Assembly (NCBI GenBank): GCA_963750165.1
Contig: CAVVPN010000011.1
Location: 1,440,001-1,504,000 of the forward strand
DNA length: 64,000 nucleotides
From: an uncultured Gemmataceae bacterium
Lineage (GTDB): Bacteria > Planctomycetota > Planctomycetia > Gemmatales > Gemmataceae
Reading direction: 5' to 3'
In this document: positions 1-10,836 of the stretch, piece after piece
How the letters are laid out: the number at the start of each line of letters is the position of its first letter
Position numbering within the stretch: position 1 is the stretch's first letter
Position numbers and translations under genes: made by a program
The notes under the pieces: generated by a model
Database searches by the model: none
Seen by the model: the letters and a program-made list of their open reading frames with translations, nothing else
What the model was told of the DNA's origin: nothing

Positions 1-134
1 GCGGCCCCAACTCCCCCAGCGCCGCCGGTGCGTGCGGGTTAACCTGCGGCCGCAGGTCGCCGCGCTCCGCCTCGGTGCGATACCGCGCTCGTTGCTCCTC
101 GTCCACGGTGCGTCCCCCGGCAAGTTGGGTCATC

Positions 135-202
135 GGCGAGCGGCGCGGCGTCAGCCCGCCGGTGCTTCGAGTTACCGGCGGGCTGACGCCGCGCCGCTCG
201 CC
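135..202. repeat. REP-like palindrome, 29-bp perfect arms
   Basis: GGCGAGCGGCGCGGCGTCAGCCCGCCGGT, 10-nt loop, exact reverse complement; same arms at 31085-31168. Confidence 0.9.
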
Positions 203-411
203 TTACACATCTGGCAGCATAACCGCGCCCGCCGCCGGACGCCAGAGGCCGTGCCGTTTGACAGACGAACGCCGCTCCCGCATACTGGTCGGCGACGGAG
301 GCGGTGGCCGCCCGCCGCATGGCGCTGACGGGCTACCGGTTGGCGGACCAGATCGGGTGCGTGTGCAAGGCCGCCGAGAAATAACGGGACGCCCTTCCCG
401 GGAGGAAGGCC

Positions 412-1091
412 ATGTATGAGTTTTGCCCGCACTGCGGACAGACCATCAGCGGCGAGCGAGTCGTGGGCCGGACGGTGATGTGCGAACACTGCGGCAAAAG
501 CGTCGGCACCCTGGCCCCGCCGCCGCAGAAAGTGGTGGTGGACGCCACCAAGGAGTTGATCCGCCGCGGCACCGCCCGCGCTGTCCGGTCTGTCAGCAGG
601 TCGTCGAACTGAAGGCGCCGGCGCGAATGTTTGTGCCGCACTTCCCCCCGGGGCAGCGCAAGGTGTGCCCCGGCAGCGGCAAGGCGGCGCCCGCGCCGGA
701 GACGCCAGCGGCGCCCGTCCGGCCCGCGCCGATCCCGCGACCGCCCGGCGTCAAGGACTTCAGCGCCCAGATGACGCGGGACTTCATCAAGGTCGTTTCG
801 TGCCGCAAGGACGCCGAGCCGCGGATCGAGGAACTGACGCTGGAATATCTCGACAAGAACGACCGGGTGCGTCTGCAAATCGACGCGCTGCGGGACATTC
901 TCGGCAACGACTTTCGACTGCAACCGTACCCACCGGCGCTGAACCGGCCGCACCTGGCTGTCTGGGGCAACGCCGCCGCCTGGGTGGTCGCCCACAAGCA
1001 CGACCGCGGCGGTTACGAGACGATGTCGGACGCGGAGCTGGGCCAGGTACTGGCGGAGGTGCGGCAACACGCGCGGCTGTTCTGCCAGTGA
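412..1091 (+). CDS. Zn-ribbon-containing hypothetical protein, split by a frameshift near 580
   Basis: GGAGG RBS before ATG 412; CPHC/CEHC in the first frame, then CPVC...VPH...C in the 423..1091 frame; an extra GC dinucleotide joins the frames. Confidence 0.65.
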
Positions 1092-1258
1092 AAAAAAGCT
1101 GACCGTCATCACGGGGTTTCCTTTGGACGTTTCAGAGGAGAAAAGTAGCCATCTGTCCCGCCCGAAACTCCCTGAATTCACTGGGATCGCAGCATTCACT
1201 GTGCCATCGGCCTGGCGGGCTATCAATCCTCCGGTAGCAGCGCAGCCTCGGAAAAAAA

Positions 1259-2854
1259 CTAGGACAGCAAAGCCGGCTGGAGCAGTTTTTCCTCCAACTG
1301 TTGGAGGAACGCCCGGGGATTGCGACGGAACCGTGTGCGGTTGACTCGGCGGCGGCGGCGGGACTCCAGGTGTTGGCGGAGTTCCGCCTGCCTGACCGGG
1401 TCTGCCTCCGCCAACTCTTCCGCTGTGTAGACGTGCTGCCGGGTCGCCGCGGCCGCCAACACGCGGGCCTCCCCACGGAGCACCAGACTCGGGGACGCCC
1501 CCGTGCGGCCGCTGGCCCGGCGCTCGTGGTAGCGATGGCTGCCGAAGAACTGCTCCAGGTCGTTGTTCGTCCGCGGTAGGTCCGCGACGGCGTAGCAGTG
1601 GAACAGCCCCGGCCAGTAGCTCCGGGTGACCTTCACGAAGTGCTCGACCCCGCTCGCCAGCGCCCCGACCAGCCCGCGGTGGCGGGTCATCGCCCCGAGC
1701 AGACCACCCAGGCGCTGCCGCACGGCTGGGGCCACCCCGGGGCCGTGTTCGCCCAGCAGGTGCGCCGCCTGCCAGACCCAGGCGAAGGCCACGCGCACCG
1801 GGGGCCACAGCGGCGCCGTGGCCGCCAACGCCGCCACGAGCAGCAGCCTCAGCCGGACGAGTTCTTTCGGGAGCCCCTTTTTCGGCCACCCCGTCCAGGC
1901 TGGCCACCACGGCGCTCAGGCGGTCGTGGAGTTTCAGCCCGGACGCTTCCAGGGGCGGCCGGCCGTCGTCGGTCACGGCACTGCGGACCGCGTCGCAGTA
2001 CCCCTGGATGGCCTGGGCCTCGGGGTCGGTGCGGCCCTCCACCTGGCGCTCGAGGGGCCGCACGCCGCGGACGCGCTTCTTGAGTTCCTTCTTGGCGTGG
2101 CGGTCGGCCTCGTAGATGGGCCGGGCGGCTTCGCGGAGGTAGTGGAAGTGGCAGAGTTGGTGCGGCACGCCGGGCAAGGCTTCGGCCACGGCCTTGCGGA
2201 TGGAGTGCTGGCCGTCGGAGACCACCCCGGTGATCGGCACCGCCAGGCCGTCGCGCACCTGGCCGATGAGTTCGGCCAGGTCCTGCTGCCGGCTGGACAA
2301 CAGGCTGCGCGCAGCAGGACGGTGCCGGAGAGGCAGTCGCGCAACACCCAGAGCACCTCGTGGCCGACGTCGGGCTGCAGGCCGTCGATGGCCAGGATGA
2401 CGCGGCCCTGCGCGGCCAGCAACCCGCGCAGGCGGCCGGCGTCGGTCAGGGTGACGGCCAGCAGTTCGTCGTAGCGCTCCAGGAGGTTGGTGACCGTCCG
2501 CTCGGCGATGGCCAGGCCCCGGGCGACCAGGTGCTGGTGGATCTCGGGGACGGAGCGGTGCTCGGCGTAGCGGAGGGCGCCGAGGTGGGCGATGACGTCC
2601 AGGCCGAACTCGTGCTGGGGCAGGGCGTGGCGGCCCTCGGCCTCGGGCCGGTAGGGCTGCAGGTGGCGTGGGCAGTCGGCGGTGTGGCAGCGGCGGATGT
2701 GGAGCACCAGCCGTGTCAGGCCCAGCAGGGTGACGACGGTGCGGTCGTTCCGGTAGTCGGACCACATCCGTCGGTGGCAGGCGGGGCAGTCCTGGTACAA
2801 GGCGTCCAGGTGTTGGGTGAAGGTGGGTTCGGGGCGGGGCGCCTTCCTGGCCAT
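1259..2854 (-). CDS. DDE-type transposase read in three frames (shifts near 2310 and 1875)
   Basis: N-terminal CPAC...RC...C, ILAIDGLQPD, VVSDGQ, HQLCHFHYLRE and PRTNNDLEQFFG motifs; stop codon lies inside the TIR. Confidence 0.85.
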
Positions 2855-3036
2855 GGCAAGCTCCTGGGTTGGGGGGCTTTGCTACGCAACTCGTTTTTCG
2901 CGGTACGCCTCGGTAACGTTCCGTGACGAACGGGACCAACCGCGGGACGAAATTACATTACGTATCAAAGCCGGGTTGGGGCGCTAAAGCGTAACCCAAA
3001 CCCAGGTTAGCTGTCTAGCCGGCTTTGCTGTCCTAG
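1259..3036 (-). mobile_element. Insertion sequence (ISNCY-like), 1778 bp, 20-bp TIRs, A7 flanking duplication
   Basis: CTAGGACAGCAAAGCCGGCT (1259-1278) inverted at 3017-3036; AAAAAAA on both sides (1252-1258, 3037-3043); encloses transposase. Confidence 0.9.
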
Positions 3037-3132
3037 AAAAAAATGGCAAAACCCCTACTGACATGCCTCACCCCGTTTGGTATATCCCCGCCGGTCAACA
3101 AACCGCCTGCCCCCCAATGGAGAATGTGGCGC

Positions 3133-3858
3133 ATGAAACTACGCCACCCCTGGTTCACGAAGCTCTGTGCCCTGGCCGGCTCGCTGGGTCTGCGCGGCTG
3201 GGTGGGGACGCTGCGCTTTCAGTACGCCAGCCTCGGCCCGGAGTCGCACCCGTACCGGCTGCCCTCCGACCGGCGCCACCTGTATGCCTTCTGGCACGAA
3301 ACCCTGCTGCTGCCGACCTACGCCTTCCGGAACATCGACTGTGCCGTGCTGATCGGCCGCCACGCCGACGGCGAACTGATCGCTGACGTGGCCCGGCGGT
3401 TCGGCTTCCGGGCGGTGCGCGGCTCCTCGACGCGCGGCGGCGTCGAGGCGGTGCGCCGGCTGCTGCACGCGGAGCCGCACGGCCACCTCGCCGTGACGCC
3501 GGACGGGCCGCGTGGGCCGCGGCGCGTGGTGCAGCCGGGGGTGGCGTACCTGGCGTCGCGCCTGGGCCTGCCCGTGGTGCCGACCGGCTTCGGCTTCGAC
3601 CGGCCGTGGCGCTGCAGCAGCTGGGACCGCTTCGTGATCCCACGGCCGTTCAGCCGCACCTGCTGCGTCACGGCGGTGCCGGTCACCGTGCCCGCCGACG
3701 CCGACCGCCATGACCTGGAAGCGTACCGCGGCCGCATTGAAGACACGCTGCACCACGTCTCGGCGCTGGCGGAGCGCTGGGCCGAGCAGGGCATTCCCCC
3801 GGAAGCGGCCGACGCTCCCGTCGCGATCGAGATCAGCCCGTTGCGACGGTCGGCCTGA
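3133..3858 (+). CDS. DUF374 / lysophospholipid acyltransferase-family protein
   Basis: YAFWHE, HADGELIA, RGSSTRGG, TPDGPRGP, SWDRF motifs. Confidence 0.85.
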   Translation: MKLRHPWFTKLCALAGSLGLRGWVGTLRFQYASLGPESHPYRLPSDRRHLYAFWHETLLLPTYAFRNIDCAVLIGRHADGELIADVARRFGFRAVRGSSTRGGVEAVRRLLHAEPHGHLAVTPDGPRGPRRVVQPGVAYLASRLGLPVVPTGFGFDRPWRCSSWDRFVIPRPFSRTCCVTAVPVTVPADADRHDLEAYRGRIEDTLHHVSALAERWAEQGIPPEAADAPVAIEISPLRRSA

Positions 3859-3951
3859 CCCATTTGCCCAAACTGCTACAGACGGCCCGCGCCGCCTGTG
3901 TTATACCCTTACCGTGGAGAACGGGCTCATCGCGACCAAGGACGACACCGC

Positions 3952-4674
3952 ATGAAACTTCGCCACCCCTGGCTCATCAAGACGGCGGGCTGCGGCATTG
4001 CCCTGCTGCTGCGGGCCTGGATCGGCAGCCTCCGGTATCAGCACCATGCCCTGGGCACCGACGCCGAGCCGCCCCGGGTGGCGCCCGGCACTCGCTACCT
4101 GTATGCTTTCTGGCACGAGTATTTGCTGCTGCCCGCCTTCCGCTATGCCTTCACCGACGCGACCATCCTCATCGGCCAGCACGCCGACGGCCAGCTCATC
4201 ACCGAGGTGTGCCGGCACCTGGGGCTGCGGGCGGCCCGCGGTTGCACCACACGCAACGGCGACCGGGCGGTGCGGCACCTGATGAACGAGACGCACGGCC
4301 ACATCGTCATCACACCGGACGGCCCACGCGGGCCGCGGCGCGTCGTCAAGCCGGGGCTGGTGTACCTGGCGTCGCGGCTGGGGCTGCCCATCGTGCCGGC
4401 CGGCTTCGGCCTGGAGCGGCCCTGGCGCGGCCGTAGCTGGGACCGCTTCGCCATGCCGCGCCCTGGCAGCCGCGCCTGCGTCGTCACCGACGAACTGGTC
4501 CGCGTCCCCGCCACCGCCGACCGCGACACGCTGGAGGTGTACCGCTTGCACGTCCAGGCCGCCATCAACCGCGCCACCACTCTGGCCGAGCGCTGGGCCG
4601 CGGAGAAAATGCCGCCCCACGGCGCCCTGCCGCTGCCCGCGCCCGCATTACCGGCCAAAAAGCTGGCAGGTTAG
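3952..4674 (+). CDS. DUF374 / lysophospholipid acyltransferase-family protein (tandem paralog)
   Basis: Same MKLRHPW start and FWHE, TPDGPRGP, SWDRF motifs. Confidence 0.85.
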   Translation: MKLRHPWLIKTAGCGIALLLRAWIGSLRYQHHALGTDAEPPRVAPGTRYLYAFWHEYLLLPAFRYAFTDATILIGQHADGQLITEVCRHLGLRAARGCTTRNGDRAVRHLMNETHGHIVITPDGPRGPRRVVKPGLVYLASRLGLPIVPAGFGLERPWRGRSWDRFAMPRPGSRACVVTDELVRVPATADRDTLEVYRLHVQAAINRATTLAERWAAEKMPPHGALPLPAPALPAKKLAG

Positions 4675-4889
4675 GCAATCCGTGCGGCCCGCGGCCGCGC
4701 CTGCCTTTCGCCTTTCTTGCCATTTCCGCCCGGCTTGGCCTTGCAAATCTGGCTCGGCATTCATACCTTTTGCCGCAGCGCTTCAATTTCGTCCCGCTTT
4801 TTGCAAGTTCCCCAAGGGTTGCCGTTGGTGCTGGCGCCGGCCAGCGCCGCCCAACCCACCCGACTTTCTTTGTGAAAGGATCGTATCTG

Positions 4890-6725
4890 ATGGAATTGCC
4901 GAGTCGTCCCAAGACCGACCGCTATACCCGACCCGGCGAGTACCTCGAAATCGAGGCCCGCGTCCGCAGCCGCCCGGGTAACGCGGACATCCCCACGCTG
5001 GTCGCCTACGCATTCGACTACCGCACCCGGCTCGGGCCGTATCTCTTCCTGGATCGCAGCCTGTTGCCGGCCGGCCCGCGCACCGTCGCCGCCGCCCTGC
5101 ACCGCGCCGGCTTCACGCGCACGCGCGTCCTTATGCGCCAGCTCAATCCCAACGTGCTGGTCAGCCAGTCGCACCTCGACGGTCGCGTCCCCGAGATGCT
5201 GTTTGTCTCCAGCATGCAGATCCACAGCGCCAGCGCTTACGAGCTGATCCGCGACGCCCACAAGCTGGGCGACGCCCGCCCGTTCATCGTCGCCGGCGGC
5301 GCCAAGGCCATTTACGAGCCGTGGGACTTCTTCGGCCTGGGTCCCGACGCCAACGAGAGCGCCGACGTGGTCTGCACCGGCGAGGAGTTCGTCATGCTCG
5401 AACTGCTCGACCGGCTGACGGAGTACCGCGGTCGCGGCGAGCACATCCGCAAGACGTTTCACCGCCTGCGCCGCAGCGGCCTGCTGGACGACATCCAGGG
5501 CCTGGTGTTCCGCGAGGGCGACGAGCGCGACCCGCTCAGCCGGCTGGTGGACACGGGCATTCAGCGCATGGTGCAGAACCTGGACGAACTGCCGCACCCG
5601 GTCGAGGCCCTGGGGTTGATCGAGCCGACGCACAAGCGCCGCCAGTTGTCGGCGAAGGCGATCCCGGCGCACCGGCTGAAGCGCTACGCCAAACTCATCT
5701 CGCTGGTGACGACGCACGGCTGCAAGTTCCACTGCCCGTACTGCCCGATCCCGGCGTACAACCAGTTCACGTTCCGCTTCAAGAGCGGCGAGCGGTTGCG
5801 CGACGAAATCCAGGGCATCATCGAGCTGACCGGCATTTCGACGCTGTTCGGCACCGACGACAACTTCTTCAACAACCGCGAGACGGTGCAGGAGACGTTT
5901 GAGGTGCTGGCCAAGGGCCGGGCGAACGGCAAGCCGTTCCGCGACATCGTGTTCTTCGGCACCGAGGCGACCGAGTTCGACGTGTTCAAGAACCAGGATC
6001 TGCTGCCGTTGTGCCGCGAGGGCGGTCTGCGGGCGATCTGGTTCGGCATTGAGGACATGACCGCCGAGCTGGTCAAAAAGGGCCAGAGCCCGGAGAAGAC
6101 GGAGAAGCTGTTCAAGCTTCTCAACGGCCACGGCATCTGTCCGATGCCAATGATGATGCACCACGACGGCCAACCGCTGCTGAGCCGTGGCAACCTGTAC
6201 GGGCTGCTGAACCAGGTGAACTTTCTGCGCAAGGCGGGTAGCGTCAGCGTGCAGGTGACGATCCTGACCCCGTCGGTTGGCAGCAAGTCCTACGAGGAGA
6301 ACTACGAGAAGGGCATGGTCATCGAGCAGGCCGGCGGCCACAAGGTCGAGGACTACCAGTTCGACGGCAACCACTGCATCGCGACGGAGGACCCACACCC
6401 GTGGCGCAAGCAGTTCAACATTTACATGGGCTACCTGACGTTCTACAACCCGATCAACTTCGTGCGCGTGCTGTTCAACTGGAAGGATCCGCTGTGGGAC
6501 GCACGGCTGCTGTGGCAGGTGTACGGCATCGCGGGCGTGGTGCGGTCGTTCTGGCAGGGCTTCGGCTGGCTCAGGAGCCTGTTCACCGGGCCGATCCGCA
6601 AGACGACGGAGTTGCCGCGCAAGCGTCTGGAGATGATCGCGCCGCTGCCGAACTACCGGGCGGTGTCGGAGCCGGCGACAGTTAGTTCGCTGGCCTCGCT
6701 GCCGCTGGTGGAGCAGTCGGCTTGA
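4890..6725 (+). CDS. B12-binding-domain radical SAM protein
   Basis: GCKFHCPYC (CxxxCxxC), IVAGG and DVVCTGEE cobalamin-domain motifs, DDNFF, WFGIED; AAGGA RBS. Confidence 0.85.
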   Translation: MELPSRPKTDRYTRPGEYLEIEARVRSRPGNADIPTLVAYAFDYRTRLGPYLFLDRSLLPAGPRTVAAALHRAGFTRTRVLMRQLNPNVLVSQSHLDGRVPEMLFVSSMQIHSASAYELIRDAHKLGDARPFIVAGGAKAIYEPWDFFGLGPDANESADVVCTGEEFVMLELLDRLTEYRGRGEHIRKTFHRLRRSGLLDDIQGLVFREGDERDPLSRLVDTGIQRMVQNLDELPHPVEALGLIEPTHKRRQLSAKAIPAHRLKRYAKLISLVTTHGCKFHCPYCPIPAYNQFTFRFKSGERLRDEIQGIIELTGISTLFGTDDNFFNNRETVQETFEVLAKGRANGKPFRDIVFFGTEATEFDVFKNQDLLPLCREGGLRAIWFGIEDMTAELVKKGQSPEKTEKLFKLLNGHGICPMPMMMHHDGQPLLSRGNLYGLLNQVNFLRKAGSVSVQVTILTPSVGSKSYEENYEKGMVIEQAGGHKVEDYQFDGNHCIATEDPHPWRKQFNIYMGYLTFYNPINFVRVLFNWKDPLWDARLLWQVYGIAGVVRSFWQGFGWLRSLFTGPIRKTTELPRKRLEMIAPLPNYRAVSEPATVSSLASLPLVEQSA

Positions 6726-6741
6726 TGGCGGATTGGATGTC

Positions 6742-6775
6742 CGGTCAGAAGGCTGGGGCACCAGCCTTCTGACCG
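6742..6775. terminator. 15-bp stem hairpin after the radical SAM gene
   Basis: CGGTCAGAAGGCTGG-GGCA-CCAGCCTTCTGACCG; no U-tract. Confidence 0.55.
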
Positions 6776-6791
6776 CAGGAGGGAATTGCAG

Positions 6792-7076
6792 ATGGACGAC
6801 CAACTCCCTGAAGATCGCTTTTCTTATGAATCGGCCCGGGAGCGGAACACCGTTGATCTCTCGACGCCCGGCTACTGTCCCAATATGACTTACGACACTG
6901 GCGCCCGCGATGACCTGCCAGTTGATCGCTTTTCTTATGAGTCAGTTCGAGCGCAGGGCATCGTTGAACTTCAGCCGCTTGGCTTCTGGTCCAACTCGAC
7001 TTATGATACTGGCGGCCCCGACGAGCCGATTGTCGTGATTGCTCCCGTGTTGTCGTCTTCCCAAACCATCCACTAA
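6792..7076 (+). CDS. Small acidic protein made of two 37-aa repeats
   Basis: AGGAGG RBS; LPxDRFSYES...TYDTG repeated at a 111-bp period with synonymous codon differences. Confidence 0.65.
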   Translation: MDDQLPEDRFSYESARERNTVDLSTPGYCPNMTYDTGARDDLPVDRFSYESVRAQGIVELQPLGFWSNSTYDTGGPDEPIVVIAPVLSSSQTIH

Positions 7077-7333
7077 CCCGCTGTCCGGTCGAACCAGACC
7101 AGCAAGGCGATGGTGTTGCCATCCTTGGTGATGGGTAATGAAGATCGCACCCGTACCGGGTTCGTCTTCAACCAGTGCATCAGCGCCTGGGCAAGTATGA
7201 TCGGCAACTCCTCTTTGGGCGGCGGCTGCTTGGCAGCCGGCTCAAACGTTACACATCCCTCCCCCTGAATGGTGATTTGGATCAACTTCTGTTTGGCCGG
7301 CCCGTCGCCATTACCACTCAAACGCAGATCCAT
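7073..7333 (-). CDS. Hypothetical protein (86 aa)
   Basis: ATG with GGAGA RBS; globular composition. Confidence 0.65.
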   Translation of the reverse strand: MDLRLSGNGDGPAKQKLIQITIQGEGCVTFEPAAKQPPPKEELPIILAQALMHWLKTNPVRVRSSLPITKDGNTIALLVWFDRTAG

Positions 7334-7354
7334 GACGTGCTCTCCGTGAGAATC

Positions 7355-7401
7355 CCCGTTTACGTTTCGCGCGAACTCTGCCCGCGCGAAACGTAAACGG
7401 G
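7355..7401. repeat. REP-like palindrome, 19-bp arms
   Basis: CCCGTTTACGTTTCGCGCG ... CGCGCGAAACGTAAACGGG. Confidence 0.8.
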
Positions 7402-7422
7402 TCAGAGGGGTGCTCGGTCATT

Positions 7423-8685
7423 TCAGGCACTGCCGCGCATGCGTTCCATCAGGATTTTCGCGGTCTCGGGCCGCATGATACGCGGATCGGGCAGCTGGCC
7501 GGCGCGCAGTTTCTCGCGCAGCTCACGACCGCTGATGGACACCTGCTTGTAGCCCTTCGGCCCCCACTCGTCCACCAACCCCACACGCCCCAGTTCCTCG
7601 TAAAACGCCGCGAAGCCGACCTTCACCGGCTGCATGAGCAGTTCGCCCTTGAGTTCGTCGAACTTGCGCTGCGCCGCCAGGCCGTCCCAGATGTCCTTGC
7701 CGTCGTCGAAGGGTGCGTCGGCGTGCTTGCGACCGATGACGATGTCGGTGAAGCCGAAGTTCTGCCGATAGATGGCGTGCATGATCGCCTCCTTCGGCCC
7801 GGCGTAAAACATCTTGATGTCGAGCCCCAGCAGCAGGAGCTGGTCGGTGAGATCGAAGCCGACCTGCTTCCAGAGTTCCTCGTCCTTGTCGCCCTGGCCG
7901 AGCGCCTTGTTGTCGATGAGGGCGCGGTAGGTGCGCATGCGCGTGGCGGCGTCCACGTCGTCGCCCTTGGTCTCGCCGACCAGCGGGTTGAGGACGGCGC
8001 CAGTGAAATGGCCCGCGCGCGTCAACCGCTCCAGGCCGACGACCAGCGCGTATTCATGGGCGCGGTGCAGGGGGTTGCGCGTCTGAAAAGCGACGATGCG
8101 CTGCCAGCCGCGCTCGCGGAACAGCGCCCGCGTCTCGCGCGGCGACAGCACCAGATGGCCGTACTCGGGGTGTTTGGGCTGCGGCAGCACGCGCACCTCA
8201 CCGCCGAGCAGCATGGTGCGCGGGTCATTCATGACCATGTGGCCGCCCGGGTGGTCGGTGCGCTCGGTGCCGTAGACGCCCTTGATGTAGCGCGGCTTGT
8301 CCCACGGGAAAATATCGTTAACGGCCAGCGTGCCGACGATCTCGTCCTTGCCGTTGACCAGCGCCACCGTCTCGCCCGGTTTGAGCGACGCGGCCAGGGC
8401 CTGCTCGACGGGGAACGACAGCGGGATGGTCCAGGCGTAGCGCTTGCCGTTGTGGACGATGACCTCTTCGTCAAGGACGTGGTCGAAGGCGGCGCGGTCC
8501 ATCGGCCCGGTAAGGGGGCTGAGGCCGCCGTCGCCGAAGCGGTACAGCGTGGACAGGTCGGCGTCACTGACGGGGACGCGCCGGAGGCTCGCAGCCTGGC
8601 GGCGGGCCTGCTCTGCCTCCGCGGCCGGAACCTGGCGATCAACGGGTTCGGTGAGGCCGCCGTGGGGCGGGATCAAATCTGGCAT
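7423..8685 (-). CDS. sat: Sulfate adenylyltransferase (ATP sulfurylase)
   Basis: [48 protein letters not shown] motifs. Confidence 0.95.
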   Translation of the reverse strand: MPDLIPPHGGLTEPVDRQVPAAEAEQARRQAASLRRVPVSDADLSTLYRFGDGGLSPLTGPMDRAAFDHVLDEEVIVHNGKRYAWTIPLSFPVEQALAASLKPGETVALVNGKDEIVGTLAVNDIFPWDKPRYIKGVYGTERTDHPGGHMVMNDPRTMLLGGEVRVLPQPKHPEYGHLVLSPRETRALFRERGWQRIVAFQTRNPLHRAHEYALVVGLERLTRAGHFTGAVLNPLVGETKGDDVDAATRMRTYRALIDNKALGQGDKDEELWKQVGFDLTDQLLLLGLDIKMFYAGPKEAIMHAIYRQNFGFTDIVIGRKHADAPFDDGKDIWDGLAAQRKFDELKGELLMQPVKVGFAAFYEELGRVGLVDEWGPKGYKQVSISGRELREKLRAGQLPDPRIMRPETAKILMERMRGSA

Positions 8686-8717
8686 CCAACAGACTCCGAG
8701 AAAAAACGAGTGGGAAG

Positions 8718-9188
8718 TCACTTCACCGCGGCGGCGTCCAGCACCGCGCGCACGATCTTGTCATAGCCGGTGCAGCGGCACAGGTTGCCGGCCAGGAAGT
8801 GCCGCACCTGCTGCTCGGTCGGCTGCGGATGCTGGTCCAGCAGCGCCCTGGCCGCGACGATGAAACCCGGCGTGCAGATGCCGCATTGCAGCGCCGCGTG
8901 CTCCAGGAATTTTTGTTGCAGCGGGTGCAACCCCTGCGGCGTGGCGACGCCCTCAATGGTTAAGATGCTGCGGCCCTGCACTTCAGGCGCCAGCACCAGG
9001 CAGGCGTTGACCAGCCTGCCGTCGAGCAGGACGTTGCAGGCGCCGCAGTTGCCGTTGTTGCAGCCCTCCTTGCTGCCGGTCAGGCGCAGCTCATCGCGCA
9101 GCACCTCCAGCAGGCTCTGCCGGGCCTCGCACAAAAAGTCCACGTCCTTGCCGTTGATCTTCGCCTGAATGTGGATACGCTTGGTCAC
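8718..9188 (-). CDS. (2Fe-2S)-binding subunit of a molybdenum hydroxylase (CoxS/CutS-like)
   Basis: [31 protein letters not shown]. Confidence 0.95.
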   Translation of the reverse strand: MTKRIHIQAKINGKDVDFLCEARQSLLEVLRDELRLTGSKEGCNNGNCGACNVLLDGRLVNACLVLAPEVQGRSILTIEGVATPQGLHPLQQKFLEHAALQCGICTPGFIVAARALLDQHPQPTEQQVRHFLAGNLCRCTGYDKIVRAVLDAAAVK

Positions 9189-9209
9189 CGTGGCCTCGTG
9201 GGGTGGGGT

Positions 9210-10084
9210 TTAACTGTGCCGGGCCCGTTCGACGGCGGCGTGCAGGGCACGCTTGACCAGCACGCCGACCAGGTGCCGCCGATAGTCCGCGTCGCCGCGC
9301 ATGTCGCTGATCGGCCGCGCCGCCGCCCGCGCCAGCGCCGCCGTCTTGTCGATTAATGCGTCGCTCAGCGGCCCGTCCACCAGGGCCGCGGCCGCATCGG
9401 CCACCAGCAGCGGTGTCGGCGCCACCGCCCCGAGACTGACGCGCGCCGCGGTGCAGCGCGTGCGGCTGGCGTCGAGCACCACCTGCGTGCCGACGCCGAC
9501 AACGGCGATGTCCATTTCGTTGCGCGGATGAAGCGCAGGTAGCTGGCGCCGGCGTACGGCCGCGGTGGCGGCAGGCGCAGGCTCACGAGGAATTCGCCGG
9601 CCGTCAGCACGTTGCGGCCGGGGCCGGTGCAGAACTGTTCGACCGGCACCTCGCGCTGCCCGCGCGGCCCGGCAATGACGGCGACCGCTTCCAGGGCGAT
9701 CAGGGCCGGCACGGTGTCCGCGGCGGGCGACGAGTTGCACAGGTTGCCGCCGACGCTGGCCCGGCTCTGAATCTGAATGCCGCCCACCAGGGACACCGCA
9801 TCGATCAGGCCGGGGTACGCTTTCGCGATGGCGGCGTCCTCGTAGATGCGGTAGCACGGCACGGCGGCGCCGAGGCGCAGGCCCTGTTTGGGATCGTAGG
9901 ACAGTTCGTTGACCTCGGGTACGTGCTTGATGTCCACGAGCAGATCGACGTGGCGGCGGCCCTCGCGAAGCTGCACGATGAGGTCGGTGCCGCCGGCGAG
10001 GATGCGGGCGCGGTCGCCCTTGTCGGCGAGCAGGCGGACGGCCTCGGCGATGGTGGCGGGGGCGGCGTAGTCGATGGCGTTCAC
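9210..10084 (-). CDS. FAD-binding subunit of the xanthine/CO dehydrogenase family (CoxM-like), frameshift near 9527
   Basis: ILAGGTDL, ASVGGNLCNSSPAAD, then RNEMDIAVVGV...PISDMRGDADYR in the other frame; one missing C restores FIPRNEM. Confidence 0.9.
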
Positions 10085-10094
10085 GCGGACAACC

Positions 10095-10544
10095 TCATGG
10101 GGTCGGTGGGGCGGGGTCAGGGGCGGTCCAGTCCTCGACGCGCAGGCCGGGCACCTTGCGGAAGTCGGCCAGGTTGCGCGAGAGCAGCGTCGCGTCGTGG
10201 GCCAGGGCGATGGCGGCGATTTTCAGGTCCATGGTGCCGATGCGGAGTTTCGCCTTGACCAGTTCCTGATACTTCACAGCGGCGGGTTGATCGAATTTCA
10301 GAACGTTCCGGTCACAGAAATCGATCAACAGGTCACTCAAGCGGCCATAAGCGACGATCTGCCGCTCCGGTGTTTTCGTCTTGGCGATTTGCGCCAACCA
10401 GCCCCGGCATTGTTCCTCAAAACTGATAATGGTGGCAAACACCGTCGCTTGGTCGATCCCATCCAGCCGTGCTAGCAGTCGCGCATACTCCACCCCATCG
10501 GGGTGTTGGACCAGGGTGATGACATCCGTGTCAAGGACCAGCAT
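10095..10544 (-). CDS. PIN-domain (VapC-like) toxin
   Basis: VLDTD, ISFEE, IGTMDLKIAAIAL, LLSRNLADF. Confidence 0.9.
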   Translation of the reverse strand: MLVLDTDVITLVQHPDGVEYARLLARLDGIDQATVFATIISFEEQCRGWLAQIAKTKTPERQIVAYGRLSDLLIDFCDRNVLKFDQPAAVKYQELVKAKLRIGTMDLKIAAIALAHDATLLSRNLADFRKVPGLRVEDWTAPDPAPPTP

Positions 10545-10807
10545 TATTTCTTCTTCCCTTCAGCTTTCTTCGCTTTCTTTTTCTTCTTCTTGGCACCGGG
10601 ACGGAGCGATTCGCGATACTCCCGGCCCAGGCGCACCATCTCTTCAAACCCCGGGTCGTCCTTGAACCGCCCGGCCCCCCCCTCCGGTGTCCACCAGGGG
10701 GCTTTGTTCGGAGGCTCGGTTTGGCCGTTTTTCGCCACCTGCGTTTTCAGTTCTTCGACCTGCTTTTCCAGCGCCTCCACACGCCGCGCCAGTTCTTCCA
10801 CAGTCAT
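10544..10807 (-). CDS. Putative antitoxin partner of the PIN toxin
   Basis: MTVEELARRVEALEK...PWW...GRFKDDPGFEEMVRLGREYR; TAATG overlap with the PIN gene. Confidence 0.75.
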   Translation of the reverse strand: MTVEELARRVEALEKQVEELKTQVAKNGQTEPPNKAPWWTPEGGAGRFKDDPGFEEMVRLGREYRESLRPGAKKKKKKAKKAEGKKK

Positions 10808-10836
10808 GGTCCCGTCCTCCCCGCCGCTCACCGGCG

